A DNA stretch of 64,000 nt, taken from contig NC_057756.1 of the NCBI RefSeq assembly GCF_004010195.1, positions 8,786,921-8,850,920 on the forward strand. Direction: 5' to 3'. The position numbers were made by a program, and so were the translations under genes. Below the pieces are notes generated by a model. The model saw only the letters and a program-made list of their open reading frames with translations. It searched no databases and was not told the origin of the DNA. This DNA is from Chiloscyllium plagiosum (lineage: Eukaryota). This document shows positions 22,966-35,407 of the stretch, piece after piece; position 1 is the first letter of the stretch, and every line of letters starts with the position of its first letter.

Positions 22966-24875
22966 CAATTAGGGACCGTGGGAGGTTGCTGAGTAAGGTA
23001 AGGGCCCATGGTTTTCAAGGTGAGCTACTGGCATGGATTGAGGATCGGCTGTCTGACAGAAGGCAGAGAGTTGGGATAAAAGGTTCTCTTTCAGAATGGC
23101 AGCTCATGACAAGTGGTGTCTCGCAGGGTTCAGTACTGGAGCCGCAGCTGTTCACTTTAGAAATTACTGATCTGGATGAACTGGGGCATTCTGGCGAAGT
23201 TCGCCAATGATATGAAGTTAGGTGGACAGGCAGGTAGTTCTGAGGAGGTGGGAGGCTGCAGACAGATTTAGACAGTTTAAGAGAATGGTCCAAGAAATGG
23301 CTGATTCGATTTGATTCGATTCAATTCCTTACAGTATGGAAACAGGCCCTTCTGCCCAATAAGTCCACACCGACCCTCCAAACAGTAACCCACCTAGACC
23401 CATTCCCCTACTCTATATTTACTCCTCACTAATGCACCTAACACTATTGGCAATTGAGCATGGCCAATTCACCTGGCCTGCACATCTTTAGATTGTGGAA
23501 GGAAACCTACGCAGACACGTGGGAGAATGTGCAAACTTCACACAGACAGTCGCCCAAGGCAGGAATCAAACCCCCAAGGCAGGTCCCTGGTGCTGTAAGG
23601 CAGCAGTGCTAACCACTGAGCCACCGAACTGCCCTTAAGTTAAGGGCAGTTCAGAGGCTAGGAATCCCGCAACAACTAACTCACCTCCTGACACCCCAAA
23701 GTCAGCCACCACAAGGCACAAATCAGGATTGCGATGGAAAAGTCCCCACTTGTCTAGATGGGTGCAGTTCCAAAAAGACAAGAAACTTCACACCATCCAC
23801 GACAAAATAACCTATTTGATTGGCACTACATCCACAAATATTTACTCTCTCTGCAGACGCTCAGTAGCAGCAGTGTGAACCATCTTTAATAAGCCCATAA
23901 TACATAGGAGCAGAAGTAGACCGTTCAGCCCATTGAGTCTGCTCCACCATTCAATGACAGCATGGCTGGTCTGAGAATCCTCAGCTCCACCTTACTGCCT
24001 TTTCCTTATAACCCTCAATTCCCTGACTGATTAAGATTCTGCCCATCTCAGCCAAGAATCTACTGAAATTCAACGTGAGCAAATGCAAGGTCTAGCACTT
24101 TGGAAAAAAAAAATGCAGGCATGGACTATTTTCTAAACGGTGAGAAAATTCATCAAGCCAAAGTACAAAGGGATCTGGGAGTGCTAGTCAAGGATTCTCT
24201 AAAGGTTGACTTGCAGGTTGAGTCCGTGGTTAAGAAAGCAAATGTAATGTTGTCATTTATCTCAAGAGGGTTATAATGTAAAAGCAGCGATGTGCTACTG
24301 AGACTTTATAAAGCTCTGGTTAGGCCCCATTTAGAATACTGTGTCCAGTTTTGGGCTCCACACCTCAGGAAGGAAATATTGGCACTGGAGCGTGTCCAGC
24401 AGAGATTCACACGGATGATTCCTGGAATGGTAGGCCTAACATACGATGAACGGCTGAGGATCATGGGATTGTATTCATTAGAGTTTAGAAGGTTGAGGGG
24501 AGATCTAATAGAAACTTACAAGATAATGCATGGCTTAGAAAGGGTGGATGCTGGAAATTTGTTTCTGTCAGGCTGGAATACTAGGACCCGTGGGCACAGC
24601 CTTAGAATTAGAGGGAGTCAATTTAAAACAGAAATGTGGAGACATTTCTTCAGCCAGAGAGTGGTGGCCTGTGGAATTCATTGCACAGTGGAGGCTGGGA
24701 TGTTAAGTGTCTTCAAGGCAGAGATTGATAATTTTTTAATCTCACAAGGAATTAAGGGACACAGGGAGAGTGCGGGTAAGTGGCGTCGAAATGCTCATCA
24801 GCCGTGACTGAATGGCGGAGTGGACTCGATGGGCCGAATGGCCTTACCTCCACTCCTATTTCTGATGGTCTTAAT
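22966..24875 (+). mobile_element. CR1 LINE RT/3' region inserted in the paralog intron, itself interrupted by a SINE and other repeats
   Basis: ORF 22953-23210 has SGVSQGSVLEPQLF. ORF 24292-24807 has LYKALVRPHLEYCVQFW. The flanks rejoin seamlessly against the + gene intron at ~10505. Confidence 0.9.
23324..23634 (-). mobile_element. HE1-type SINE nested in CR1
   Basis: Reverse GGTGGCTCAGTGGTTAGCACTGCTG head and CR1-like tail. Confidence 0.85.
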
Positions 24876-25140
24876 AGTTCCTCCTCCCACAGTGAAGGGT
24901 GCATGTGGGGAAAGGTGGGGAGCACAGGGATGTGGATATTGAGGAAAACAAGGAAATCCGAGAGGGTATTCCCAGTGACTGATGCATCTGATGCCCAGGA
25001 TAAAGGGGAGGTTTGCAAATCCTGGAGGCAACAGAGCAACAACAACTTGCATTTATTTAGCAGCTGTAACACAGAATATAGGAGAGGTTAAACACAATCT
25101 GACCCTGAGTGACACACAGGAATTTAGGCAATGAGGTATA

Positions 25141-25675
25141 CAGGCAGCCCCCGCTTTTCGAATGTTCGCTTTATGCCAATTCGCTTTTACCAAAGACCTA
25201 CATTAGGACCTGTTTTCGCTAACTGAAAGAGGATTTGCGCTTTTACAAAAAAGCACACACAACCTCCTTCCCCGAACGTGTTAATAGATGACCCTCTTCC
25301 TCTATCTCCTACACTCCAGTCTCCCACCTACCCCAACCTCGGACGACTCAGTCTAACATATCATCATCATCACCTCCACCTCTCAGCCTTCCAGTGTGCT
25401 CACTGCGTTTCCTAATTCTGGTGAATGAAACTAATGTACATACATCATTTCCTCTTTATGTAGGCTGTATATTTATTGTATCAGTGCTGCTTTTTCTATA
25501 CATTGGTGTTGTTTTAGGTTTTGTGTGTTATTTGGTATGATTTGGTTGGGTATTTTTTGGGTGTGGAAACTGAAAAGGATTTCCCATATAAATTACTGCT
25601 TCTTTGCTTGACGCCATTTCAGCTTACGAAAGGTTTCATAGGAACACTCTGCTTTCAGACAGCGAGGGATACCTG
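25141..25675. mobile_element. Tigger/pogo-like non-autonomous DNA transposon (MITE)
   Basis: Imperfect TIRs CAGGCAGCCCCCGCTTTTCGAA / CAGGTATCCCTCGCTGTCTGAA (reverse complement), flanked by TA on both sides. Confidence 0.7.
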
Positions 25676-26326
25676 TACCTTAAGATCCAGCTTCAATGAG
25701 CACAGGGTGGGTGGGGCTGAGGGTCCATTGACCCCAGTGTTCAGCAACTTTGTGACATTCCCATAAACCCAAACACCATCCAGTCTTTGCAAAAGGGACC
25801 AAGACCGTCTCGTTCCTCTGACCCACTTGCAATAAAGCCTACCATCCCATTTACCTCCCTCATATCCGACCTGTAATTTGGAGATTTATCTACAAATTCC
25901 TCTGAATGACATTCACTGGCCTTTCTCCTTGTAAAAATATTCTTTTCTATTCACGCTTCACTTTTTTTTAAAAAACAGAAACGACTGCAGTTATTATCCA
26001 AATATTTATCCAGCATTTCCCTGTTTGCAGCCTCTGTATCCCCTTCACAGCTTACTTTCCCACTGAGCTTTATATCAGCAGCAAACTGGGACAATCCCAC
26101 TCTATCCACCCATCTCAGTCACTGATATAGATTGTGAGTCACTGAGGTCCCAGCACTGATCCTCGCAGCACCAGTTACATCCTGACAACTGACAATGACC
26201 CATTTGTTCCTGCTCTGTTCCTGTCCATTAACCAATCCACAATCCATGCTATATTACCCCCCAATCCCCTGGGCCCTCATCTTTCAAAGGGTTACCATGG
26301 AAATAGTGGAACATTCCAGAACTCAC

Positions 26327-26435
26327 CATCTTTGTCGCTTTAGGACAAAAAAACCTGCAATTTCAACAACAACAGCAATCCCAGCAGCAATCCCGACTCC
26401 CAATCCAACTCCTGTTCCAGTGAAGAGTCCAGAAC
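26327..26435 (-). pseudogene. TM exon of the inverted paralog (GSGLFTGTGVGLGVGIAAGIAVVVEIAGFFVLKRQR)
   Basis: Intact acceptor ctgtctccag| and donor TG|gtgagt, 109 nt, phase 1 to 2. Flanking introns align to 8985-9960. No upstream V exon was found in the window. Confidence 0.8.
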
Positions 26436-26619
26436 CTGGAGACAGAGTGAAGCCATTAACAGACTGGGACACACAAACTAAACTAACAGCAGAGACCTTC
26501 AGCACCTCGTGTTTCAGAACCAGCCCCAGGACAAACAGATCCCTGGTTAATTCTAGTCGTGGAGGGATGTGGGAGGTTAGATCCCAATAATGTCATACAC
26601 CAGACCACCCCACAGCTCC

Positions 26620-26654
<35 letters not shown>

Positions 26655-27049
26655 CCCACAATGTGATAGATACATGCTTTCCAATAGCGAGAACTGGACA
26701 CTGACCAGCAGCAGTTTCCCTTCAGTTAAACACAACAGCAAGAGTGTGTAACTTACCAATTTGGAAAACCATGCAATTGGTGGAATATTGGTTGACACTG
26801 ACTTCAACCAGCATCACTCCCAATCCCATCAGTTTCCCAACAGGAGAGTCCAGTTCACATTGTACCGAGACTCTCCACACAGAATTCCAGAAACACTGAT
26901 TCAAGTGGGAAGCAGGAATCCTCAGAGTTCTGTATCTGAGGGACAGGAAGGGGATTCTGAGAAACTGAAATAACAATTCCAGGGAGTTTAAGGACCAGTT
27001 CTAGGAAATGGTGACCCACATCACTCACTCTCACAGGGTCATTCTTTGC

Positions 27050-27450
27050 TGAAGTAACTGGACTATAGCTGTAGGTAAACAGATATAAACCAATAGCATT
27101 TAGCACAATCACAATTATAAAATCCTCCTTTACCCACACGGACAAAGCAAATGGGGAAAATAGCTTACTAGCGGAAGTGGAGAAAATTGGAAAGTCAGTC
27201 TAAGTATCATTCCTTCCTGATCCTGATTTGAGATCATCTTTCTTTGGCTGGCCAAGCCATCAGTGTTTAATTTCCAGAGAAAAAGAGTCTCTGGATCAAT
27301 TTAAAAAGTCACCACTCACAGCAACAGCTGCAGGAAAGTAAGTGGAAAGGTAAGTTTTATGTAAATACACGTTTAAACTGAATGTTTACTGCAGAGAACA
27401 GACAGCTTCTGCAGAGAACAGCAGCACAATCTTCTGTCTCCTTTGTTCCG
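27050..27450 (-). mobile_element. LTR-like repeat fragment, same family as 29880-30800 but in opposite orientation
   Basis: CACTCACAGCAACAGCTGCAGGAAAGT and TGCAGAGAAC...CTTCTGCAG align to the reverse complement of 29920-30020. Confidence 0.55.
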
Positions 27451-27469
27451 TGTGCCCGTATTTCTGGGA

Positions 27470-28725
27470 CTTGTTTTCCAATCCCCTCAAATTCAAAAGT
27501 GATAGAAAATGGGAGAGTGAACATAAGACAAGAGATAAGAAATGGAGAGCTGGGAATGCCCCAAGGTCTCCCCCTCAGACCAAAAAGAAAAGTACTGAAG
27601 GTGGAGGGTGCAAGCTAAGGTGTTTCCACGGTAACAAGGAAATTTGGAGGAAAATTGGAGGTTCAATGGAAACCAATGGGATAGATTAGAGTTTGTAAGA
27701 AAGCGCCTGAAAAAGAAAGGAATCGAGTTGTAGATTTACTTACAATTCAAGGCCAGAGATAGACACTACGGTGAGTGTAGGGTGAATGAGAGAATATGGA
27801 GGATTTTTATGTAAATACAAGGTAGCACCTTTTTCTTCAAAGGAAGAATCCAAGCCAATCACTATTCTCACAGATACAGGAGCTACTTGATGGAGAAGGA
27901 TGAAGCCAAAGTGTTGGGAAATGGGATGAATGGAGGGTATATCCCACTTGCCTTTGTCCAAAGTCCGATAGAAGTGTGACTCGGGTTGTCTGGACTCGTG
28001 GTAGTTGGGGCAGTAAAAAAATTACCTGTAGATGGAATCATTTTGCTTCTGGGGAGTGGTTTGGCAGATGTGAGAGTCGCAGTTTTGCTTTTGATCACAG
28101 GAAGTCCAGTTGAGGCTTAAAAGACAGAACAGTAAGAGGAACAGGTCCTGGGTATTTTCCAACACTGGGCATGATCAGAGCAATTGCTAAACAAAGTCCA
28201 TCACCAGAGGTCCCAGTAATACCACAAGCAGATTTTCGGGTCACCAAAGCTGTATTTAAGAATAAGGATAATTCAAAGGATGAGTTGGATATGTCTTTAT
28301 GAACTGAGACTCAGGGTGCAGAGTCAGACCTGAGTAAGACAGCACAGACAGATCCCACTGAGGCTGGAATGTCAGTATATATTTTAAGAAATAGAGTTCT
28401 GATGAGGACATGGAGACATCATCACAAACCTATGAATGACAAACAGATGGCTGTTCATCAAATACTGGTACCATCCAGAGACCTGAGGAAATATTGTGAA
28501 TAGCACATGAAATTCCAAAAGCAGGGGATATAGGAATATAAGAAACAAAACCATCCATAAACAAGTATTTTACAAGGGCCAGGACTTCATCAAGACATCG
28601 TGCAGTTCTGTAAAATATACCATACAGGTCAGGAGGTCAGGACATTTCAGCATGTAATCAGACCCGTCCATTTGATAGCCGCACCAGGTTTTGAAGAACT
28701 TTATAGCCAAGTGTCAATGGACTGT
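27470..28725 (+). mobile_element. Degenerate Ty3/Gypsy (Gmr1-like) internal fragment: gag knuckle, protease, integrase N-terminus
   Basis: Motifs KLRCFHGNK, KPITILTDTGAT, LPVDGIILLLGSGLA, AHEIPKAG.IG, GLHQDIVQFCK..HT.Q and FEELYSQVSMDCV. Confidence 0.8.
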
Positions 28726-28775
28726 GAATGATCATATTCATAATGATGGGAAAGACAGTATAATTACAGATACAT

Positions 28776-29421
28776 TGTCACAAAGCTGGTACCTTTTCTC
28801 TAAAAGCTGTTCCTTTTCTCAAGGATATTGTGTCCTTGGTTTCTTTCAGAGGGTCCTAAACAGCTCCCGGTTCCAATTAGACTGGTTTGGTACAGAGATT
28901 AAAGGGTATTGAGAGGCCTTTTTGTTTATATGTAACCAGATGAGACTTCAGGCCAAAGTGGTCATGTTTTAGAAGTGACCGGTATAATGAAAGGGCAGTG
29001 GTCAGCTCTCTAGCTGAGCAGTTCAGTCCAGAACTGTTTGGGAGTTCAACAGTGAGCTGTATGGAAGCAGGTTGCTAAACTCTCTCTCCTTCTGCCCTTC
29101 TAACTTCAACCTGTAAGTGTTCGTTCCATTTTTACTGTTTTTTAAAGTGGGTTTGCTTATTGGGACTGTTGTGTATATTCGGAACAGCATGATTAAGTCT
29201 AGTTTGGACAGACTGAGTTCTGTAGGGGTTCTCTATTCTGTTCTTTGTGTTTCATTGTGTAATTTTGTGAATAAATTTTTGTCTGTTTTAAAACCTGGTA
29301 GTCAACCTCGCTCACCTACTCTGCGTAGTTTTCACTGTACACTTAGCAAAACAAATTGTAAAGTTATGGTCTGGGCTGCCTGTGTAAGAATGTTTTGAGT
29401 GGTCTGGCCTAGACCATAACA
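28776..29421 (+). mobile_element. Solo LTR with 4-bp TSD
   Basis: TGTCA...TAACA termini, ACAT duplicated at 28772-28775 and 29422-29425, AATAAA near 29270. Confidence 0.85.
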
Positions 29422-29879
29422 ACATTATCCCAAATGTAAAATGTTAGAATAAGTTAAACATTCAGGAAATTTTCAGACTGTGTGAGGTTTCATAAAGTGG
29501 GAGGACAAATAAAAGCATGTGGATCTTGTTTTGATGCTGTGTATTACATGTTTATAATTAAACACGTTTAATAAAATGACATTTCATTCCCTTCAGGATG
29601 GAGACAGTAAGGACTGCATCTTTTTATTTTGTGCTTTTAAAAAACAATTCTTTATCATTGTGGAGCAAAGATTTTCGATAAAAGCTTTACCAGGATGGCT
29701 CCAAAACTTGAAAACAGGGAGTTTGATACCTGTTGCGAACTCTATTTTGTGTTTGCGGCTGTGGGATCCCACAATGTGCAGATGATCAGGAACCGAGGGA
29801 CGTTTACAAGTGAAGCTTGGTTGGTACTCAGTGAACTGAGCAGTTTGGAATGGGAAACAAGTTCACAGAGACTGAGAGA

Positions 29880-30800
29880 GAGAGAGAGTGAGAGTGACAG
29901 AGTGTTTCTTATTGTTCTCCCCTGCAGAAGTCAGTTCTCTGCAATAAAACAGAACTCTGTTTCAACTTGAAAAACACCAGTTAACTTTCTTGCAGCAGTT
30001 GCTGTGAGCTGTAACTTTTGAAATGATAAATAAGGAACATTTTACAAGTTAATCAGTCCCTCTTACAAACAGGGGAAGCATTCAGAGAAAGATGTCTAAA
30101 TAACAAGGCCTCTGGCTAGAAAGACGGATCATTTCAACACCAGAACTGGGAAGCAAAGAGCACTGACCGGACTTTCCAGTGTTACTACCTCTGCCAATCA
30201 GCTAGTTTTCACTACTTGCCTGTTTGTGTATGTGACAGGGAGAGGGAGAGGGGGAAGGGGAAGGAGAGGGAGAAGGAGAGCGGGAGAGAGGGAGGGAGGG
30301 GGGAGGGAGTGTACATGTAAGAGGGAGTTTAAAAGGGGATTAGAGTTTGAGTTAGTCATTGTTATATGCCGATGATTTAAAAAAATTTTTTTTTAAGCAG
30401 TGTCCTTCACGTCAAAGGGCAATTTTCTCTTTAACCCCCACACTACTGCCTAACTGCGGTAGTGCTTATTTTTTTCCCCCAGCACCCATGGTGTGTGTGT
30501 GCAGGTGTGAGACACAGTGAGAGACACAAGGTGCACGAATCTTTATTCAATTTCACCACCAGGAAGAAAGGAAATACCCAAGTGGCCAGTGACAAGCAGT
30601 GCCCTTCACATCAAAGGGCAGTGCTGTGTGATGTCGATGATTTATATCTGTTCACATGTAATTCCAGCCTAATTACTTGTAATAAATAGCATTTCTTGTT
30701 AAGTACAGAAACCTGCTCCAAGCTTGATCTGAAAGTTGGGTGAATTGGAGTCTGATGAATACTTTAAAATATCATTAATATTTGGTACAATTCTGTGAAT
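29880..30800 (+). mobile_element. LTR-like repeat with a nested non-LTR insertion
   Basis: Homologous to 27050-27450, with AATAAA at ~30681 and a purine-rich internal tract. Confidence 0.55.
30380..30634 (-). mobile_element. 5'-truncated non-LTR retroelement 3' end (L1/Tx1-like) with 10-bp TSD
   Basis: CGATGATTTA is duplicated at 30370-30379 and 30635-30644. There is a T-run at the left end and an internal direct repeat AAGCAGTGYCCTTCACRTCAAAGGGCA. Confidence 0.7.
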
Positions 30801-31554
30801 AGTGAGGCTGAATTTACAGAGCGCTAACCCAGTGGGTCATTACAGCTGCAAAAACAAATTCTAGTGAAGGATATGGCTGTGAGAAATTGTTGGACCAGTT
30901 TATAAAATGACTTTCCTACAAAGCAAAACAATGTCCAATTGAATAACCTTCGAAAACAAAGCATCACCATTTGCTTCAAAATTACCCACAAGCTGATAGA
31001 ACTTGTTAATAGCCCCAAGGGTTGCATTCATTCGTAATGCTCTCAGTCATGAGAAACGGATTCCCCCAATTCTTCGAATGAACATCTGATATTTACACCA
31101 TTGTCAGGCTGTGGGGATTAACGGCAGGGCTGGTATTTATCGTTAATGCCCAATTGCCCTTGAGAGGGTAGTAAATGAGACCCTGCCCCATGGATCAGGA
31201 TCAGAAAACAGCAGAAATGAAACAAATCTTCTCCCACTTTTGGGAGAAACAATAAAGAGGCTGACCCTGGGCAGGATAAAAGAAAGTTTTCCCCAAAATC
31301 TCCTTGGAAGTCCTTGATTAGATTCCAGTCTCTAACTTACTCCCAAGTACAGTATTTGATGTGTTTATGAAACCCTCGAAGATTAGAATCTAGTTTGTAA
31401 CTGACACTTGGGTTTCTATGGCTCAAGAAATAATCAGCACACACCCTTTGATTGGATTCCAATTGCAACAGAATCTTGGGTACCTGCTATTCTATGTATA
31501 AACACCCCGAAGCTCTGCTTTACATCCTAAGCTAAAACCCACTTCTGAGTAGCT

Positions 31555-31740
31555 TTTTAGAACATAGAACATAGAACAGTATAGCACAGAACAGGCCCTT
31601 CATCCCACGATGTTGTGCCGACCACTGATCCTCATGTATGCACCCTCAAATATCTGTGACCATATGCATGTCCAGGAGTCTCTTAAATGTCCCCAATGAC
31701 CCTGCCTCCACAACTGCTGCTGGCAACGCATTCCATGGAC
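31555..31740 (-). mobile_element. CR1 LINE 3' end
   Basis: (TAGAACA)n tail; reverse complement of the 3' end seen at 6430-6620. Confidence 0.85.
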
Positions 31741-31749
31741 ATAGTTTTT

Positions 31750-32110
31750 GTTTATTAAGTCATGGGATGAGGGTGTCACTGGCTAGGCCAGCATTTATTG
31801 CCCATCCCTAATTGCAGAGGGCAGGTGAGAGTCAACGCCCATGGCTGTGGATCCGGAGTCACTTGTAGGCCCAGACCAGGTGAGGATGGCAGTTTTCTTC
31901 CCTGAAGGACAATAGTGAACCTGATGGGTTTTTCCAACAATCGACAATGGAAATTATGGTCATTATTAGACTTTAATTCCCAATTTTATTTCTATTCGAT
32001 TCAAATTCCACCATCTGCCATGGCAGGATTCAAACTCGGGTCCCCAGAACATAATCTGGGTCTCTGGATTAACAATCTAGTGATAATACCACTAAGCCAT
32101 CACTCCCCAG
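31750..32110 (-). mobile_element. Interspersed tRNA-headed SINE/L2-related repeat
   Basis: GGATTCAAACTCGGGTCCCCAG (reverse B-box). Related copies occur at ~3590-3715 and ~37940-38520. Confidence 0.55.
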
Positions 32111-32889
32111 GTAATCTGTTATTCTATACATAATCCACCCCAAATCCATTAACACGATTCTAGCCTGTAACTCATTCACAGGTATCTGTTATTCCACAAA
32201 TAAACATCATGAACCCTTTGATTAGTTTGCAGTCTGTGACTCAATCCCAGATATCTTTTATTCTGTTTAATAATTCTTTGATCTCTTTGGTCCATTTCCA
32301 ATCTATAACAACTCCCAGATATCTGTTATTCTATGTATAAACCCCATTGCACCCCTTCCTTATATATACATCCTTGAATGAACCTCATTTGGTCAATTCT
32401 AAGAACCAACAATTTATCCAATACAACTTTCTCATCAATTTTGAACATTTCCAGAGACAGACTTTGTTCCTCTGATGCCATGACCAAGGTAACATCTCTC
32501 ACTGTCGTGTAGACACACATACAGTAATCATTTCACACTTACTCAGCTATGCCTCTTGTCTTCATGTTTCAATTCTTTTTTTGGTTCCAAGTTGGGCCTA
32601 CCTCTCCTTTTAGCATCCTTTCACTCCTTATTTGCCATTTGAAGATGGTTTCTCCTTTATGTTTACTGCTAGTCCTTTGTCATCATCACTCTTTGCTTCT
32701 CTAATATTTTTTCCACCTCCCCTTCAGTATTCCTGTTGGTTCTCAATTGTATGTTCCACCTGACACCCGTCAGAAACAAACGTTTTCTTATTTATCTTAA
32801 TTCTCTCTCTTTTGTTTCATCTAGGGAGCTCTGAATGTGTTTGCCACACCTTTCTCTTTTGAGGGGAGATACTTTCGCAGTGTCAGGTT

Positions 32890-33240
32890 CATATCTGCCA
32901 CCATGAGTATCCTCACATACAGATCAGGAAGGATACCACTTTGACTGGGAGAACGCATCCATCCTAGGACAAGCCAAATAGAGACACTCATGGAAATCCT
33001 GAGAGGCCTAGCATTCTAACTGGAACTCCGTCAATAAACACAACGATTTGAACCCCATCTACCATCCTCTGAGAAAAGGAACTGGAAATGATTTCGCCCA
33101 CCTTAAGAATCCAAGTCACATAAATAGCAAGCGAGACATTCCACCAGTGTTTCACCGGAGGGTCACTGATAGTGTCACCTAGTATGGTGACAAAACATCT
33201 GAAAACAAGCCTCCCAGCTCAGCGAGCAAGCTTGCAACCA
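32890..33240 (+). mobile_element. Penelope-like 3' fragment
   Basis: YHFDWENASILGQAK motif and a pLTR with degenerate hammerhead (CTGATAG..GTCACCTAGTATGGTGAC.AAAA). Confidence 0.75.
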
Positions 33241-34371
33241 TCTCTGCTTGTTCAGCTACAGCTTTTACCACCAACACTGTAAATACAAACCACCCAAAGC
33301 CCTTGATGAGGCTCCGTAACTTTGCAAAACATGGAAACCTTGTGTCCCAATTATCTTTGGGCAATTAGCTCAAGGACTTCCTGGCAACAGAATGTGTGTC
33401 ATAATGTGGCCAAACAGGTTGATTACCGACCTGTAAATCCTTTCGATATGCCCAGTCTCCTGGTCTGGCAAAAACAGGTGGCAGCTGATGTGGACTCCCC
33501 ACATTGAGACTGCACACACAGGTTCATGCTTTGAGCAAGCATCATCCTCACTCTGAGGAATCGATGACCCGCAACAACAACTTTATCCAGCAGGTGGCAG
33601 ACTGCCTTAGCAGATTTGTCACCACAATTTGAGGGGTTATTTACCTGAAGTGGTGTTAGATGTTATCTGATTCTCTGCTTCACCGCCTGGTGGACTTTTT
33701 TGCAGATGATTTTGAGCAATCTGGAAGGTAAAATTCCATCCATTAAGTCGCTCTTACAGCGCAGACTGAACTGTTTCAGTTTTGATTCAGGCCTGATCTT
33801 ACAGGTTATACAGACCTGACTGATCTTACACTGACTGTTTTTAACTGGAGCTTGGTTAACCAATCACTCACATTCCCATAGTCCCTAAAATGATCTTCAC
33901 AAGAGCACAAATCACAGAAACATTTTGTAACAAGTCACATAAGGAGATATCTGAACAGCTTCTTTCTCTGACCATGTGGTCGTTATCTTTGTCTGTCTTC
34001 TTCCTTTTTAAAGTGCTGTTGTTTTGATCTTTTCACCCCCAGAGTTCCTAAACAATGCAACAGCATATAGAACAATCCCGGAATTTGAGGAAATCACCTC
34101 CAGTACTTAAAATATCTCAAAAAAAGTGGCTCTTCCAGCCACAAACTTTTCCAATCCTCCATCTTAGATTACCCAGAATCCTTTGGTCCAAGAGGCAATT
34201 GTTGAAGGACAGTTTGAAAGGAGGATAGAAGGAGGAGGGGAGGTTGAGTGAGGGAGCTCCAAAGTTAATGGGACATGGTCAATATGATGGAGTTACAAAT
34301 TTTAAAAAATCAGCGAATCTGAAAGTGACCATATTAGGAGCTACACAGCAACCTTGATGCATTGCAAATGG

Positions 34372-34580
34372 CGACAGAGATAGTGGGGGGGGGAGTAGGG
34401 GCTGGAGGGGGTTACAGAGATTGGGAGGAGGTTATAGAGATCGGGAGGGGTGTAGGGGCTGGAGGGGTTTACAGAGTCGAGAGGGGGTGTAGGGACTGGA
34501 GGAGGTTATAGAGATAGGGAGTGGTGTAGGGGCTGGAGGGAGTTACAGAGATAGGGAGGGATGTAGTGGCTGGAGGGGTA
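34372..34580 (+). repeat. G-rich ~37-bp minisatellite
   Basis: GAGATAGGGAGGGGTGTAGGGGCTGGAGGRGGTTAYA repeated about 5-6 times. Confidence 0.85.
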
Positions 34581-35407
34581 TGGAATGTTGTAGGTTAGGT
34601 GGGCTTTTGATTGGTTTCACAGGTCGGCGCAACATCGAGGGCCGAAGGGCCTGTACTGCGCTGTAATGTTCTATGTTCTATGTCCCAGAAATCTAAAACC
34701 CTTCGTCAAGCACCAACCTGAATAAATCTGTAACTATCCTGTTGCCTCTCTGACAATGGAGTGCACCCTGAGTTACAGGCACAAGGGAGGGTCAGCCTGG
34801 ATGAACAGCTCCAACAGCAAGGACTCAAAGCTACAAGGTTCAGTCCCAGAACACCAGCAAGGACGACCCTGGTTATTGCGCTACTAAACAATGGTCCAGC
34901 CACTGTTACAAATCTTTCCAAGGTATGAATTCTGGGACATTTCCACTTTTATCCACAGGCTCCTCCGGCCCAAGGGAGCTCAGATCTTGAGATCCCACCT
35001 GATCTTACAACGAACATGTTCAGAGTGATCCTGAACAAACAGGTCCCTGATGAAACACTTTACCTGAGTCATCACCACAAACACGTTGCTGACTCAGAGC
35101 CAGGACAGTGACTGCCCCAAGAACCAACATGTCTGGAAGAGAAACACTGAGACAGTGACATTCACCAGCTCGGCACATGCCAATTAACTTCACAGCCAAT
35201 GGAATCGATTTTCTGAAAAGTGATCAGTGTAGTAGTACAGCAACACTGGCAGAAAATATCTGCGCACTGAGGTCCTTGCAATCATGTCTGATAATGTACC
35301 TTACAGACATTAATTTACCCAGTTCCTTGTGGTCACAAAACATTTTACATTCACCCGGTCGGGAGATGGGGCTCTGTTTGCAGTTACATCAGTATGACTA
35401 CAACTCT

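Noticed and set aside
27050-30800. Single DIRS-like or inverted-LTR element
   Set aside because: The arms are too diverged for one insertion, and the interior encodes an aspartic protease and a DDE integrase, not a tyrosine recombinase.
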